Assembly: GCA_037444505.1 (NCBI GenBank)
Contig: JBBIMH010000013.1
Span: 51,972 to 115,971 of the forward strand
Length of the DNA: 64,000 nucleotides
Reading direction: 5' to 3'
DNA from: Nitrospirota bacterium
Lineage (GTDB): Bacteria; Nitrospirota; UBA9217
Made by a program: the position numbers and the translations under genes. Shown here in pieces: positions 50,169 to 60,691 of this stretch. How positions within the stretch are numbered: the first letter of the stretch is position 1; each line of letters opens with the position of its first letter. Under the pieces are notes generated by a model. The model made no database searches, was not told the origin of the DNA, and saw nothing but the letters and a program-made list of their open reading frames with translations.

Positions 50169-50499
50169 AATACGAAGCGGTGATATACGAGGCTTGAACA
50201 ATCTTGAAACCCGGCCATCTCGAATTCGTAGAAATTATTTCGGCTCCTCACGGATAATGGGGCAAATCATGATTTCAGATAAAGCCTGGCAGGGCATGCC
50301 TTCATGACTTTTAGAACGCGATGAATATTTTATCTTTGTATTGTGAATATATTATCCTCGGCCTCATGGATTAGAGCTGTGTTTGTTATGCTGATTTCCA
50401 CCTTAGGTATCGCTCTAAAAGTCATTCCGGCACACCCTGCCGGCCTGCACTAAAAAATCGTGATGAGCTGAAATTTCATTTACGATAGGTTTTTAAGAG

Positions 50500-51246
50500 G
50501 TGATTATGGACCTTACCCTATATGTCTGGCGACAGAAAGGACCTGATGACAAGGGCCGCCTCGTGAAGTACGAGGCAAGGGACATCGTACCGGAGATGTC
50601 ATTCCTCGAGATGCTGGATAAGGTGAATGAAGGTCTCGTCAAGAAAGGAGAAGAGCCGATCGCCTTCGACCATGACTGCAGAGAAGGCATCTGTGGGTCA
50701 TGTTCTCAGGTCATAAACGGCATCCCCCATGGACCACGGCGTGGGACCACGGTATGCCAACTTCACATGCGCCACTTCAAGGACGGCGATGCCGTCTATA
50801 TAGAGCCTTTTCGTGCAAAGGCGTTTCCTGTAATCAAAGACCTCATCGTCGATCGAAGCAGCCTGGACAGGATCATCCAGGCGGGCGGATATATATCGGT
50901 TCATACTGGCGGCGCGCCTGATGCAAATTCGATATTGATCCACAAGGAGGATGCAGCGAGGGCTATGGAGGCGGCTGAGTGCATCGGCTGCGGGGCATGC
51001 GTCGCAGCCTGCCCGAACGGATCCGCCATGTTGTTTACAGCGGCCAAGGTCTCTCACCTCGCTGCCTTGCCGCAGGGAAGGATAGAGGCCGCGCAGCGTG
51101 TATGCGCCATGGCGGAGGAGATGCAGAGGCAGGGCTTCGGGGGCTGCAGCAATCACTACGAATGCGAGGCGGTCTGTCCAAAGGGCATCAAGGTGCGGTT
51201 CATAGCGAAATTGAACAGGGAGTTTATCAAGGCGAAGATAAGATAG
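50500..51246 (+). CDS. sdhB: Succinate dehydrogenase/fumarate reductase iron-sulfur subunit
   Basis: 2Fe-2S ligands CREGICGSC and 4Fe-4[13 protein letters not shown]. Confidence 0.9.
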   Translation: MIMDLTLYVWRQKGPDDKGRLVKYEARDIVPEMSFLEMLDKVNEGLVKKGEEPIAFDHDCREGICGSCSQVINGIPHGPRRGTTVCQLHMRHFKDGDAVYIEPFRAKAFPVIKDLIVDRSSLDRIIQAGGYISVHTGGAPDANSILIHKEDAARAMEAAECIGCGACVAACPNGSAMLFTAAKVSHLAALPQGRIEAAQRVCAMAEEMQRQGFGGCSNHYECEAVCPKGIKVRFIAKLNREFIKAKIR

Positions 51247-51272
51247 TCTATCCATCGCCTCCGCTTAGATTA

Positions 51273-53012
51273 TCAAGAGCGGCCTTTGCCTTTCGACCTG
51301 CATATCTTGAGCCTTCTGATGACCTGTTCGTACGGCAATGTATTCAGCACATCCTTCTTCTCCACCCATCCCCTCCTTGCCACAGAGACGCCGTATGACA
51401 TGAAGTCGAACTGGTCGATCGTGTGGGTATCGGTGCTTATAACGAGCATGACCCCGTATTCTTTCGCGAGCCTGATGTGCTGGTCATTGAGATCGAGTCG
51501 CAGAGGATATGCATTGATCTCCATGGCGACACCGTGCCTCGCTGCCTCTTTGAGCACTGCATCCATATCCACTTCGTATGCATCCCTCTCTCCGATGAGC
51601 CTGCCTGTCGGATGGGCTATCACGCTGACGCAAGGGTTTCTGATCGCGCTTATCAGCCGCCTTGTAATCTGCTCCTTTGACTGCTTGAAACCGGAGTGTA
51701 TGGAGGCGACTACAATATCGAGTCCAGAGAGCGCCTCATCAGGGAGGTCGAGGCTCCCGTCCGAGCGGATGTCTATCTCGGTACCTTTCAAGACCCTGAA
51801 GCCCGATATCCTTTCATTCGCCTTGTCTATGAGCTTCATCTCGTCCGCAAGCCTCTTCTCATCCAGACCGTGGGCGACTCCAAGACCCTTTGTGTGATCC
51901 GTAATCGCTATATACTCATAACCCTTTTTTCGTGCAGCTTCAATAATCCCTTCGAGGTCATGGCCCCCGTCCGACCAGTTCGTGTGGACATGAAGATCTC
52001 CCTTAATGTCCTCGAGGGATATGAGCCTCGGCAGCCTGTCTGCCGAAGCAGCCTCTATCTCACCCGCGTCTTCCCTCAACTCCGGTGGTATCCAGGGCAG
52101 GCTCAGGGCCTTGTACATCTCCTCCTCTGTCCTGCCTCCGATCCTCTTTTCCCCGGCCACCTTGAACACGCCGTATTCATTCAGCTTGAGCCCCGCCTTG
52201 ACGGCCATCTCGCGGAGCTTGATATTGTGCTCTTTGCTCCCTGTGAAGTACTGGAGCGCTGCGCCGAACGAATCTTCATCCACCACTCGAAGATCGACCT
52301 GTATGCCGTCTTCCGTGACCACGGAAGACTTCGTCGGGCCGTGTGCAAGCACCCTCTTTACCTGGGGCAGGCGGACAAAGGCCTCCATGACCCCTTCCGG
52401 TTTTTTGGAGGTAGTAAGGATATCTATGTCCTTCACAGTCTCCTTCATCCTGCGGATGCTGCCTGCGACCTCTATTCTCCCTACAGGAGCCACTTGTTTG
52501 AGACGGCTCACTATTGACTGCGCAAGCGGAAGCACCCTTCCCAGGGGTCTGCGTTCGCTTCCGCGCCTTATGAGCTCAATGCCCTTAAGTATATTGTCTA
52601 TGGTCTTCTCTTGTATTCCAGGCAGGCCCTTGAGCCTGCCGCCTTTTGCAGCGCTCTCGAGCTCATCTATGCCCTTTATGCCGAGGGTCTCATAGAGCTG
52701 CTTCGCCTTCTTCGGCCCGAGCCCGGGCACATTCAGAAGCTCGAGCACGCCTGATGGGATGTCTTTTTTGAGCTCTTCGTGCTTCGCGATTTTGCCTGTA
52801 GATATATACTCTTTGATCTTTCCCGCGAGGTCCTTCCCGATTCCGGGCAGCGCCGTGAGCTCTTCATCGGAGAGGTCGGTGACGTCCTTCGGAAGGCTGT
52901 CTATGGTCTGGCCGGCGCGGCGATATGCGCGTATGCGGAATACATTCTCGCCCTTGAGCTCTAGGAGCTCCGCCATTTCGTTGAATATCTTTGCGATCTG
53001 CTGATTTTTCAT
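51273..53012 (-). CDS. polX: DNA polymerase X family protein with C-terminal PHP domain
   Basis: N-terminal Pol beta-like HhH (GIGKDLAGKI) and the PHP His motifs (DLHVHTNWSDG). Confidence 0.85.
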   Translation of the reverse strand: MKNQQIAKIFNEMAELLELKGENVFRIRAYRRAGQTIDSLPKDVTDLSDEELTALPGIGKDLAGKIKEYISTGKIAKHEELKKDIPSGVLELLNVPGLGPKKAKQLYETLGIKGIDELESAAKGGRLKGLPGIQEKTIDNILKGIELIRRGSERRPLGRVLPLAQSIVSRLKQVAPVGRIEVAGSIRRMKETVKDIDILTTSKKPEGVMEAFVRLPQVKRVLAHGPTKSSVVTEDGIQVDLRVVDEDSFGAALQYFTGSKEHNIKLREMAVKAGLKLNEYGVFKVAGEKRIGGRTEEEMYKALSLPWIPPELREDAGEIEAASADRLPRLISLEDIKGDLHVHTNWSDGGHDLEGIIEAARKKGYEYIAITDHTKGLGVAHGLDEKRLADEMKLIDKANERISGFRVLKGTEIDIRSDGSLDLPDEALSGLDIVVASIHSGFKQSKEQITRRLISAIRNPCVSVIAHPTGRLIGERDAYEVDMDAVLKEAARHGVAMEINAYPLRLDLNDQHIRLAKEYGVMLVISTDTHTIDQFDFMSYGVSVARRGWVEKKDVLNTLPYEQVIRRLKICRSKGKGRS

Positions 53013-53080
53013 GTCAGGCGGCGGATATGCACTATGAAACTACATCGCATGCCGATGCCACGATTATGATGTACTCGACT

Positions 53081-53332
53081 TCATGAGCGTTTAACAACGC
53101 AAGCAGCTCGCTGAAGTCTTTCTAAACTTCCACAATATTCCATCCGCAAACCCTCGACAGCGGCTATACGCTCTTCAGGCGGTCTTGACAACCAATAAGG
53201 GAGATTCTCTTTTATTTCAGAGAAACCACTCAGGCTACCCTTTCGCACCGTCTTTTTAAGCATCTTCCTTCCCTTATAGTTATCAACAGGAACAATATCA
53301 TGATCTAAACCATAAGATGAACTATAGGCCAC
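53081..53332 (-). CDS. Hypothetical small protein (83 aa) in an AT-richer pocket
   Basis: ORF only, no family recognised. Could be a gene fragment. Confidence 0.25.
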   Translation of the reverse strand: MAYSSSYGLDHDIVPVDNYKGRKMLKKTVRKGSLSGFSEIKENLPYWLSRPPEERIAAVEGLRMEYCGSLERLQRAACVVKRS

Positions 53333-53540
53333 TATCGGTCAATTTGTCAAGAGGATGTGCGGGCATGCTGATTACATAATCGACTTCCAACCTTGCAAGG
53401 CCGAGGAAGGCAATAAGCAGACTCATCCGGAGGTACAGTCATCTCGAACACCGTGGGTGTGAAGGCTGGATATAGAGATGAACCCTTGCAAGCTATAGAT
53501 ATAATGACTCCGTGAGACGCCGACTGCACGAGGCAGGCTG

Positions 53541-54284
53541 CTACAAGGGGCTTTTGGAGAGCACGGCTGCATCCGTACCGTTCTGCAGAAGATCCAGCAT
53601 CCTGGCTATAGAGAGCTCGTGCAGCGTTTCGATGAGCCCCCTGTCCAGGCCGCGCTTCCTCTTTTTATTAAGAAGGGAGAGAAATACCATGCCCTTGTAG
53701 ATGCGCTTGTTCGTCTTTACCGAGAACAGATATGTATGGAGCGACCTCTCGAGCAGGAGGTCGTTTCTGCGTTGGACCGCCTTGCTGAATGTGACGGACT
53801 GAAACCAGTACGTCTTTCTGATTATACTGTCCGCTTTCATCTCCATCCATGCGTGCTCTATGTTCTGCATGTCCTCGGTGAGCGTCTCATGCGCAACCGT
53901 GTCCGCAGCCAGATGGGAAAGATATCCATAGGCGAAGGCCTTCTCAGGCCAGGCCTTCGCCTGGGAGAGGAGGTTCAGGCCGACTTCCCATGAATGGGAT
54001 GTCTTGTTGTCGGGCAGATATTTTTTCCCTATAATGCTGTCCGCCATGAGGTTGCCGTATAGATAATCCTGCCTGTACTTGCGTATGAGCGAGTATATGC
54101 CCGCCGGGATGAGAGGTGCGCATGAGAATATCTCGTTGCCGAGAAATATGTGGGTCATCGGACCCCATGCATACGATACAGAAGGGATGAGGATGAAACC
54201 GAGCAGAATAAGTAAGGCCAACATTAATACGCCTCTTGCAAAAAAATCAGACCGGCGCCGATCCTTCGGAGCCGGCCTGAACAA
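53541..54284 (-). CDS. Zinc-dependent phospholipase C-family / S1-P1 nuclease-like membrane-anchored protein
   Basis: N-terminal TM segment then AWGPMTHIFLGNE (the W..H zinc-binding start typical of the family) and conserved His/Asp positions (HLAADTVAHE). Confidence 0.5.
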   Translation of the reverse strand: MFRPAPKDRRRSDFFARGVLMLALLILLGFILIPSVSYAWGPMTHIFLGNEIFSCAPLIPAGIYSLIRKYRQDYLYGNLMADSIIGKKYLPDNKTSHSWEVGLNLLSQAKAWPEKAFAYGYLSHLAADTVAHETLTEDMQNIEHAWMEMKADSIIRKTYWFQSVTFSKAVQRRNDLLLERSLHTYLFSVKTNKRIYKGMVFLSLLNKKRKRGLDRGLIETLHELSIARMLDLLQNGTDAAVLSKSPL

Positions 54285-54403
54285 TTATTTTATAACCCCT
54301 TAAATACCTTATAGTCAATATAAAATAAAACCCTTGGCCATCAAAGACTGATGGTAAGTATAGCATAATCTACGAGCAGCTGCCGTAGAGGGCGAATACT
54401 TCA

Positions 54404-55597
54404 TTATTTCAATGCATTCCAGTCTCTGATCAGGTGGAATGTGCCGTCTTTTATGAATGTCGGATATACCGTCTGGGAGCCTTGGTGGTTCTGATCCGAG
54501 AAGCCTATGACATTGCCCGCCTGAATGTCCAGGTCGCGGACAGCCTCCGCGGTACGGATGAAACCTTCCCGAGTGAGCTCTTTGCCTGCTCTTTTGAGTA
54601 TCTCCACGAAAACCTTTGCCGCGAGATAGCCCTCGAGGCTCACCGAGCCGGGCCTGGTCTGCGGAGAGTATTTCCTGAGCGACTCGACATATTCCACGAC
54701 AGCCGGATAGTTGGCACCGGCCTGTATCGGAGGCACCACCTGCGTCACGACCACCCTTTCGCCGTACTTATCTAAGAGCTCTGCGAGCTTATTCGGTCCC
54801 ACAAAAGAGACGTTCATAAAAATGGGGATGTCGCTCTCCTTTTTGCCCTTTATGAATGCCTGGCGCTTCCAACCTGAAATGAACTTCGCGCATGCACTAT
54901 ATGTGCCGGCCATGACCACAGCATGGGGCTTTGCAGCCATGAGGGTCTCCTGTGCGTTATATACATCCTCTAAGTTTCTCGTATATGTGCCTGTGGCAAC
55001 AGGTGAAAGGCCGCGCCTGGCGAGGGCATGCCTCGTCGCATCGAGCACCGCCTGGCCATATGCATCGTCCTGATAGAAGACCCCAATCCTTTTAAGGCCC
55101 AGCGTATCAACCAATCCCTGTATGAACACCTCGACTTCCTGATTGTAGCTTGCACGATAATTGAGAATATATCTCGATACAGGGTTGCGCAACGATTCGG
55201 CGCCTGTAAACGGAGCGAAGAGCGGCACCTTCTCCTGCTCTAAAAAAGGCTTCACCGCAACGGTGGTAGGGGTGCCGACATTTCCGAATAGGCAGAAGAC
55301 GTGGTCCTTTTTTATGAGCCTTGTCACATTCTCCACCGCGGCCTTCGGCTCATAGCCGTCGTCATATACAATGAGCTTGAGCTTTCTGCCGTTAATGCCG
55401 CCCCCTTCATTCACCCTGTTGAAATACGCCTCTGCGCCCACCCTGAAATCAATGCCAAGAAACGAAGCAGGACCTGTCAGCACCGTAGACATGCCGATGG
55501 TTATCTGGTTGTTCGTCACCCCCTGCTCTGCATCGGACGGAGCGGCGATGAATAAGACCGCCAAAATAAAACTCAATGCTATCAAGCGCTTTCCCAT
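54404..55597 (-). CDS. Branched-chain amino acid ABC transporter substrate-binding protein (LivK/LivJ family), orphan
   Basis: Signal peptide, QITIGMSTVLTGPASFLG family motif. Confidence 0.8.
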   Translation of the reverse strand: MGKRLIALSFILAVLFIAAPSDAEQGVTNNQITIGMSTVLTGPASFLGIDFRVGAEAYFNRVNEGGGINGRKLKLIVYDDGYEPKAAVENVTRLIKKDHVFCLFGNVGTPTTVAVKPFLEQEKVPLFAPFTGAESLRNPVSRYILNYRASYNQEVEVFIQGLVDTLGLKRIGVFYQDDAYGQAVLDATRHALARRGLSPVATGTYTRNLEDVYNAQETLMAAKPHAVVMAGTYSACAKFISGWKRQAFIKGKKESDIPIFMNVSFVGPNKLAELLDKYGERVVVTQVVPPIQAGANYPAVVEYVESLRKYSPQTRPGSVSLEGYLAAKVFVEILKRAGKELTREGFIRTAEAVRDLDIQAGNVIGFSDQNHQGSQTVYPTFIKDGTFHLIRDWNALK

Positions 55598-55736
55598 TGA
55601 AATCCTCCCCTGAAAAATACTGTCGTGGCACAATTATATATGATGGCGTTGCAAAAAGCAATCGGAAGCAGAAGGCCTGACGCCCGCAGCGGTCTTGATA
55701 TGGATTCGGCTTTATACAACCCTCCTCCGCTGACCA

Positions 55737-57341
55737 TCAACGTGATCTCATGAGAACAAAGACGACCCCAGCCGCAAAGACCGCTGCCGCTCCGGCGGCA
55801 ACGAAGCCTTCCCGCGCCAGGCCGTTCACATAAAAAAGCGCGGAGACCGTACCCGCGCCGACACTGAGAATCGCGAGGATGAAACCCCTGCCCAGCCTCG
55901 ATATCTTTTTGAGCTCTCCTGCGATATCCTCAGAGGTGATCTCCACCCGAGTCTCTCCTCTCGAGGCTTGAGCGAGAAACTCCAATAGCATCCTCGGCAT
56001 CGATAGGAGGTCTTTGCCCGCTGCTGTCGCCTGCGAAAGGATGCCGGTCTCGGGCTTAATGAACTTCTTAGCGAACGGCGCCGCGATCTCGATTATGTTC
56101 GTCTCCGGATCGAGCCTCGAGCCCAGACCGTTCAGCATACCCACCACCCTGCCGAAGAGGATGAAGTCGTTCGGAATCTGGATGGAGGGGTTGAGCTGGA
56201 GGGCCCTCTGGATGTCCAAGCCTATCTCCTGTATGTCCATTGCCTTGAATTCCTTCGGGGTTATGTCTCTGTATTTTTCGAAGAGCCGCTCTACGAACTG
56301 CACAAGCGGTCTTATGTCCTTCGTCAGGGGGATGAACCCCATATCGACGAGGGCGCGGACCACGGCGAGGCTGTCGCGCTGCACAATCGCCGTGAATGCG
56401 CGCCTAAGCCCCTCGCGCATGGGTCTCGATATCCTGTCCACCATGCCGAAGTCGACTAGAACGACCTCGGGCCCTTCACGGACAAAGATATTGCCCGGAT
56501 GCGGGTCTCCGTGAAAGACGCCGTCGACAAAGAACATCTGGGCGTATGCCTCTGCAAGGATACGCGCCGTCTCCTTCTTGTCTATCCCCCGGGCGTCGAT
56601 CTCATCGAAATCCGTGATCTTGATCCCTTCCAGATATTCGAGGGTCAGCACCTTAGTCGTCGTGAAGGGCCAGTACACAAGCGGTATCTTGATCCGCGGG
56701 TTTTCTGCAAAGTTCCGGGCAAATGTCTCTGCGTTCCTTCCCTCCTGGACATAGTCGAGCTCCTCCCTCACCACGCGCGAGAACTCGGAGTAGATCACAT
56801 CCAGATTTATGTGAGGATAGAGCCGTTTCAGGATGTTTATGACGAAGTTCAATGTCCTTATGTCCGCCGAAATCACGTCCTCGATGCCCGGGTACTGGAC
56901 CTTCACCACCACACAGTCCCCGTCTCTGAGGCATGCCTTGTGCACCTGGCCGAGGGAGGCCGAGGCGATGGGCGTTGGGTCGAAGGACGAAAAAACCTCA
57001 TCCACCGGCCCGAGCTCCTCTCTTATTCTCTCTGCAATGTCGGAGAATGGCGCAGGAGGCACCTGGTCCTGAAGCTTCGACAGTTCGTCCGTATATTCTT
57101 CCGGAAGGATGTCAACCCGGGACGACAAAAACTGGCCGATCTTGATGAACACGCCTTTGAGCTCGAGCATCTGCTCCCGGAGCATGAGGGCGTTCTTCTT
57201 GTGGAGAAGCCTGAGCCCCTTTTTTTTCCGGCTGGAAGAGGCGAATAGATTGCGAAGTGCGAAGAGCCGGTAGCTCAAAAGTACACGAAGGAAGAGGCAT
57301 ACGCCTTGTACGAACCTGCCCCTGTGACTGGAGATGGCCAT
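55737..57341 (-). CDS. ubiB: ABC1/UbiB-family atypical kinase
   Basis: GVFIKIGQFLSSRVDILPEEY, ASLGQVHKA, HGDPHPGNIF motifs. C-terminal TM. Confidence 0.8.
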   Translation of the reverse strand: MAISSHRGRFVQGVCLFLRVLLSYRLFALRNLFASSSRKKKGLRLLHKKNALMLREQMLELKGVFIKIGQFLSSRVDILPEEYTDELSKLQDQVPPAPFSDIAERIREELGPVDEVFSSFDPTPIASASLGQVHKACLRDGDCVVVKVQYPGIEDVISADIRTLNFVINILKRLYPHINLDVIYSEFSRVVREELDYVQEGRNAETFARNFAENPRIKIPLVYWPFTTTKVLTLEYLEGIKITDFDEIDARGIDKKETARILAEAYAQMFFVDGVFHGDPHPGNIFVREGPEVVLVDFGMVDRISRPMREGLRRAFTAIVQRDSLAVVRALVDMGFIPLTKDIRPLVQFVERLFEKYRDITPKEFKAMDIQEIGLDIQRALQLNPSIQIPNDFILFGRVVGMLNGLGSRLDPETNIIEIAAPFAKKFIKPETGILSQATAAGKDLLSMPRMLLEFLAQASRGETRVEITSEDIAGELKKISRLGRGFILAILSVGAGTVSALFYVNGLAREGFVAAGAAAVFAAGVVFVLMRSR

Positions 57342-57525
57342 GCCTGATTATACCAGAAGCATCTCCGAGAGTATACAGTTGGATGACGCGACAGCGGCGT
57401 TCAAGCGGCCGGCCCCGCCATGGTGTTGTTAAGTGATGGGTTGTTGATAAGCCGTATGAGAGCGCAGCCGAGCACTCCAAGAGGCGGTATCCCGACCGCC
57501 CCGAAGTTGAGATTGCAACAAAAGG

Positions 57526-59007
57526 TCAGGCATTTACCACACGTACGATGGAGTTGCTTTCGTTAAGGCCGTCGATAATCGCGCCGAGGCCTGACATGTT
57601 ATTCACATACTCGATGGCCTCCTTGGATATCTCCTCGCCTGGTACCAAAAGCGGAATGCCCGGCGGATAGACAGTGACAATCTCAGAAGCGATGCGGCCT
57701 GCTGCCTCGGCTATGGGAACCATCTCCGTCCTGCTGTAGAACGCCTCCCTCGGGGTCATCACGGCCCTATTCCTGAGAAGCGGCGGGCGCACCCTATCCA
57801 GGGGCAGGAGCGAGCCCTGCAGACCTGTCTCTGAGGCCAGCACGCGGAGGGCGTCAACGAGCCCCTGAAGGTCTTCGCTCCTATCGCCGATGGATACGAT
57901 GACGAGGATATGAAACGGATCGGCCATCTCCACCTGTATGCCGAAGCGAGTATTGAGTATCTGAGACACATGGTATCCGGAAAGACCGAGGTCGGAGACA
58001 CGGATCGCAAGTTTGGTGACGTCCATATCGGCCATGCCTGCGGCGCGGGCCCGCTCCTTTGTGAGGCAATAGAGCCCTGGAATCTTGTTTATTTCCACCC
58101 TTGCATCCTCGGCAAGCCTTAATGCGCGGTTCAGAAGCTTTTTACCCTCCGTCGCCATCTGCATGCGTGCGAGATCCAGCGAGGCCATGAGTATGTAAGA
58201 AGGGCTCGTCGTATGAAGGAGCTTCAGGACATTGGTTAAGCGATCGATGTCCACCCTCCCTGCCCTTGCGTGCAGCATTGAGGCCTGGGTCATGCCGCCC
58301 ACGATCTTGTGCGTGGACTGCACACACAGGTCTGCACCCGCATCCATGGCGCACTTGGGCAGTTTAGGATTGAATTTGAGGTGAGGCCCATGGGCCTCGT
58401 CTACAAGCACCTTCAGCCCCTTGTCATGCGCATAGCCGATGATCCTTTCGAGATCTATGCACAGACCGTAGTAGTTTGGCGAGGTAATCAGCAATGCCCT
58501 TGCATCGGGATTTGCATCTATGGCCTCGCGGGCAGAATCAAAAGTAATGTTCAGTGTAAGCTTGAGATCCGGATCGAACTCGGGGTGGAAAAAAACAGGC
58601 CGTGCGCCGCTTATGATAAGGCCCGTAAGAACGGAGCGGTGGCAGTTTCTGGCTATCAGTATCTTGTCGCCGGGCGCGGTCGTCGCCGCCACCATTGCAT
58701 GGTTGCCGACGGTGGTGCCGTTTACGAGAAAGTAGGAGCGGTCTGCGCCTGCCGCCTTCGCAGCAAGCTCCTGGGCCTCTTTGATCACACCTGTGGGGTT
58801 CTGGAGGGAGTCCACCTCGTCGAGGGTGGTGAGGTCTATGGTGAATATCTTGGGGCCGACGAACTTTCTGAAACGCGTGGATATACCTTTGCCGCTCTTG
58901 TGGCCGGGCGTGTGAAAAGAGACCTTGCGGCTCTCTGCAAGGTTCACCATCGCATCGAAAAGGGGTGTGCGGCTCTGTTCCTCGTCGGCTCTGGGAGGCG
59001 GGCTCAT
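57526..59007 (-). CDS. PLP-dependent Orn/Lys/Arg decarboxylase (fold type I, SpeA/YaaO-like)
   Basis: HTPGHKSG..., STHKIVGGMTQASMLH (PLP lysine). Confidence 0.8.
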   Translation of the reverse strand: MSPPPRADEEQSRTPLFDAMVNLAESRKVSFHTPGHKSGKGISTRFRKFVGPKIFTIDLTTLDEVDSLQNPTGVIKEAQELAAKAAGADRSYFLVNGTTVGNHAMVAATTAPGDKILIARNCHRSVLTGLIISGARPVFFHPEFDPDLKLTLNITFDSAREAIDANPDARALLITSPNYYGLCIDLERIIGYAHDKGLKVLVDEAHGPHLKFNPKLPKCAMDAGADLCVQSTHKIVGGMTQASMLHARAGRVDIDRLTNVLKLLHTTSPSYILMASLDLARMQMATEGKKLLNRALRLAEDARVEINKIPGLYCLTKERARAAGMADMDVTKLAIRVSDLGLSGYHVSQILNTRFGIQVEMADPFHILVIVSIGDRSEDLQGLVDALRVLASETGLQGSLLPLDRVRPPLLRNRAVMTPREAFYSRTEMVPIAEAAGRIASEIVTVYPPGIPLLVPGEEISKEAIEYVNNMSGLGAIIDGLNESNSIVRVVNA

Positions 59008-59013
59008 AGCTTT

Positions 59014-59934
59014 TCAGTGATACGTAAAAAGCGGGGCATTGTCTTCTATAATGCGCGTCTCCGCCTCTAATGCAGTACGGATATGCTTGGGCAGATTGAA
59101 AAGGCCGATATGTGCAATGCCGTCATAGAAGCGCGGCTCGCCCTTGATCCGCTTCGAGATCATTTCATCCACCTCGTGCGGAGTCCATGCCCTGGGATCC
59201 CTGTTCTTGGATGCGAGCGTAAAGCCCCAAGGCAGTCCGAAAGACGGGATGGGGATATCGTAGGGCGCGACGATGGGAAACACCGTTGCCAGCGTCTTGT
59301 TCACCGACGTAAAGTTCAAAAGCTGATGGAGCGCTGTAGTTCCCGCCTGAAGCGATATCACACCATCGGAAGAAAGCCTTTCCTTCACGATTTCGTAAAA
59401 CTCGCGTGTAAATAGGAGATAGGCTGGGCCTTCCTCGACTGGCTCTGAAATATCTATTATGATGACATCATAGGTGTCCGAGGTTTCCTCGAGGTACTTT
59501 CTGGCGTCCATGAACCTGAGATCCGTCCGCGGGTCGTCGAAGGCGCCCTGGTGCCATTCGGGCAGGAACTGCCTGCATTTTTCCACGACCTCCTGGTCGA
59601 TGTCCACCATCATGCAGTATTCGACGGACCTGTGTTTGAGCACCTCCCTGAGGGTGGCGCCCTCGCCTCCGCCCACTATGAACACGCGTTTGGGATCCGG
59701 GTGGGTAAGCATGGCGGGATGGACCAGGGCCTCATGATAGATGAATTCATCCGTAATGGATGACTGTATCTTGCCGTCCAGCACGAGGCATTTGCCATAG
59801 CTGCCGGTCTCCATGATGTCCATCCGCTGGTATTTCGTCTGGCTGGAGTAATAGGTATTGCGGATGCCATGGAGATGGCCCTCCTCGGGGCTCGTGTACT
59901 CGATAAACCACTTGTAGCTCTTCGGCTCTATCAT
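59014..59934 (-). CDS. speE: Spermidine synthase
   Basis: VFIVGGGEGATLREVLKH, DIDQEVVE, IIDISEP motifs. Confidence 0.9.
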   Translation of the reverse strand: MIEPKSYKWFIEYTSPEEGHLHGIRNTYYSSQTKYQRMDIMETGSYGKCLVLDGKIQSSITDEFIYHEALVHPAMLTHPDPKRVFIVGGGEGATLREVLKHRSVEYCMMVDIDQEVVEKCRQFLPEWHQGAFDDPRTDLRFMDARKYLEETSDTYDVIIIDISEPVEEGPAYLLFTREFYEIVKERLSSDGVISLQAGTTALHQLLNFTSVNKTLATVFPIVAPYDIPIPSFGLPWGFTLASKNRDPRAWTPHEVDEMISKRIKGEPRFYDGIAHIGLFNLPKHIRTALEAETRIIEDNAPLFTYH

Positions 59935-60332
59935 GCGCAGGCCATCTCCTGGACCGATGTAATCTTATGGGGCAGCTTCTCGTGGCCGAGGATGCCCCTC
60001 TTCATCTCCACGATGCTCGGGTTCTTGGATTCGAACTGCTCAATGAGATACTTCGCGGCCACCTGAGGCTTGATGAGGTCGCCACAGGTAAAGACATCCA
60101 CAGCGGCATACCCGTATTCTGGCCAGGTGTGGATGGCGAGGTGAGATTCGGCTATCACGACCATTCCGCTGATGCCGAAAGGGCTGAATTCATGGAAAGC
60201 GACCTCAACTATCGTCGCCTTCGCTGCCAAAGCGGCGTTCTTCATCGCTTGCTGCACAAATTCCAAATTGCTTAGGGTTTTGGGGTTACAGTCCCGCAAC
60301 TCTAACAGCAGGTGAGTCCCCAATGCGTGCAA
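59931..60332 (-). CDS. speH: S-adenosylmethionine decarboxylase proenzyme (class 1A, SpeH)
   Basis: HLLLELRDC..LAIHTWPEYGYAAVDVFTCG with a processing serine (ESHL). 4-bp overlap with speE. Confidence 0.85.
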   Translation of the reverse strand: MHALGTHLLLELRDCNPKTLSNLEFVQQAMKNAALAAKATIVEVAFHEFSPFGISGMVVIAESHLAIHTWPEYGYAAVDVFTCGDLIKPQVAAKYLIEQFESKNPSIVEMKRGILGHEKLPHKITSVQEMACA

Positions 60333-60691
60333 CCTCTTTGCCTCCTTCTCCGCCCGCCGAACCGCTTTCTCCCGTCCGTTTTGGAGTCTCTGCGAGCACC
60401 GCCTCCCGCTCCTCTTGCGGAAGGGCTGTCGTGTGAATCCATATCCGTTCCGACCTCGAACGGCGCTTCCAACGAATTTATTAAACCGTCATTTAGCAAA
60501 AATGCTGCGGTTTGTCAAGAATAAAATCATCTGAGAGTGATTTTTTTTATCGCAGGTCGGCTGACGTCGAAAATATGACGCGACAAACAGAAAAAAGTCT
60601 TTACACGGAGGATACAGAGTTTTAAAATTGTCGCTGTGAGTGGCTATTGAATTCCAGAAACGGGCCGCATTTCTCGGAGCGGAGGGTTTTG

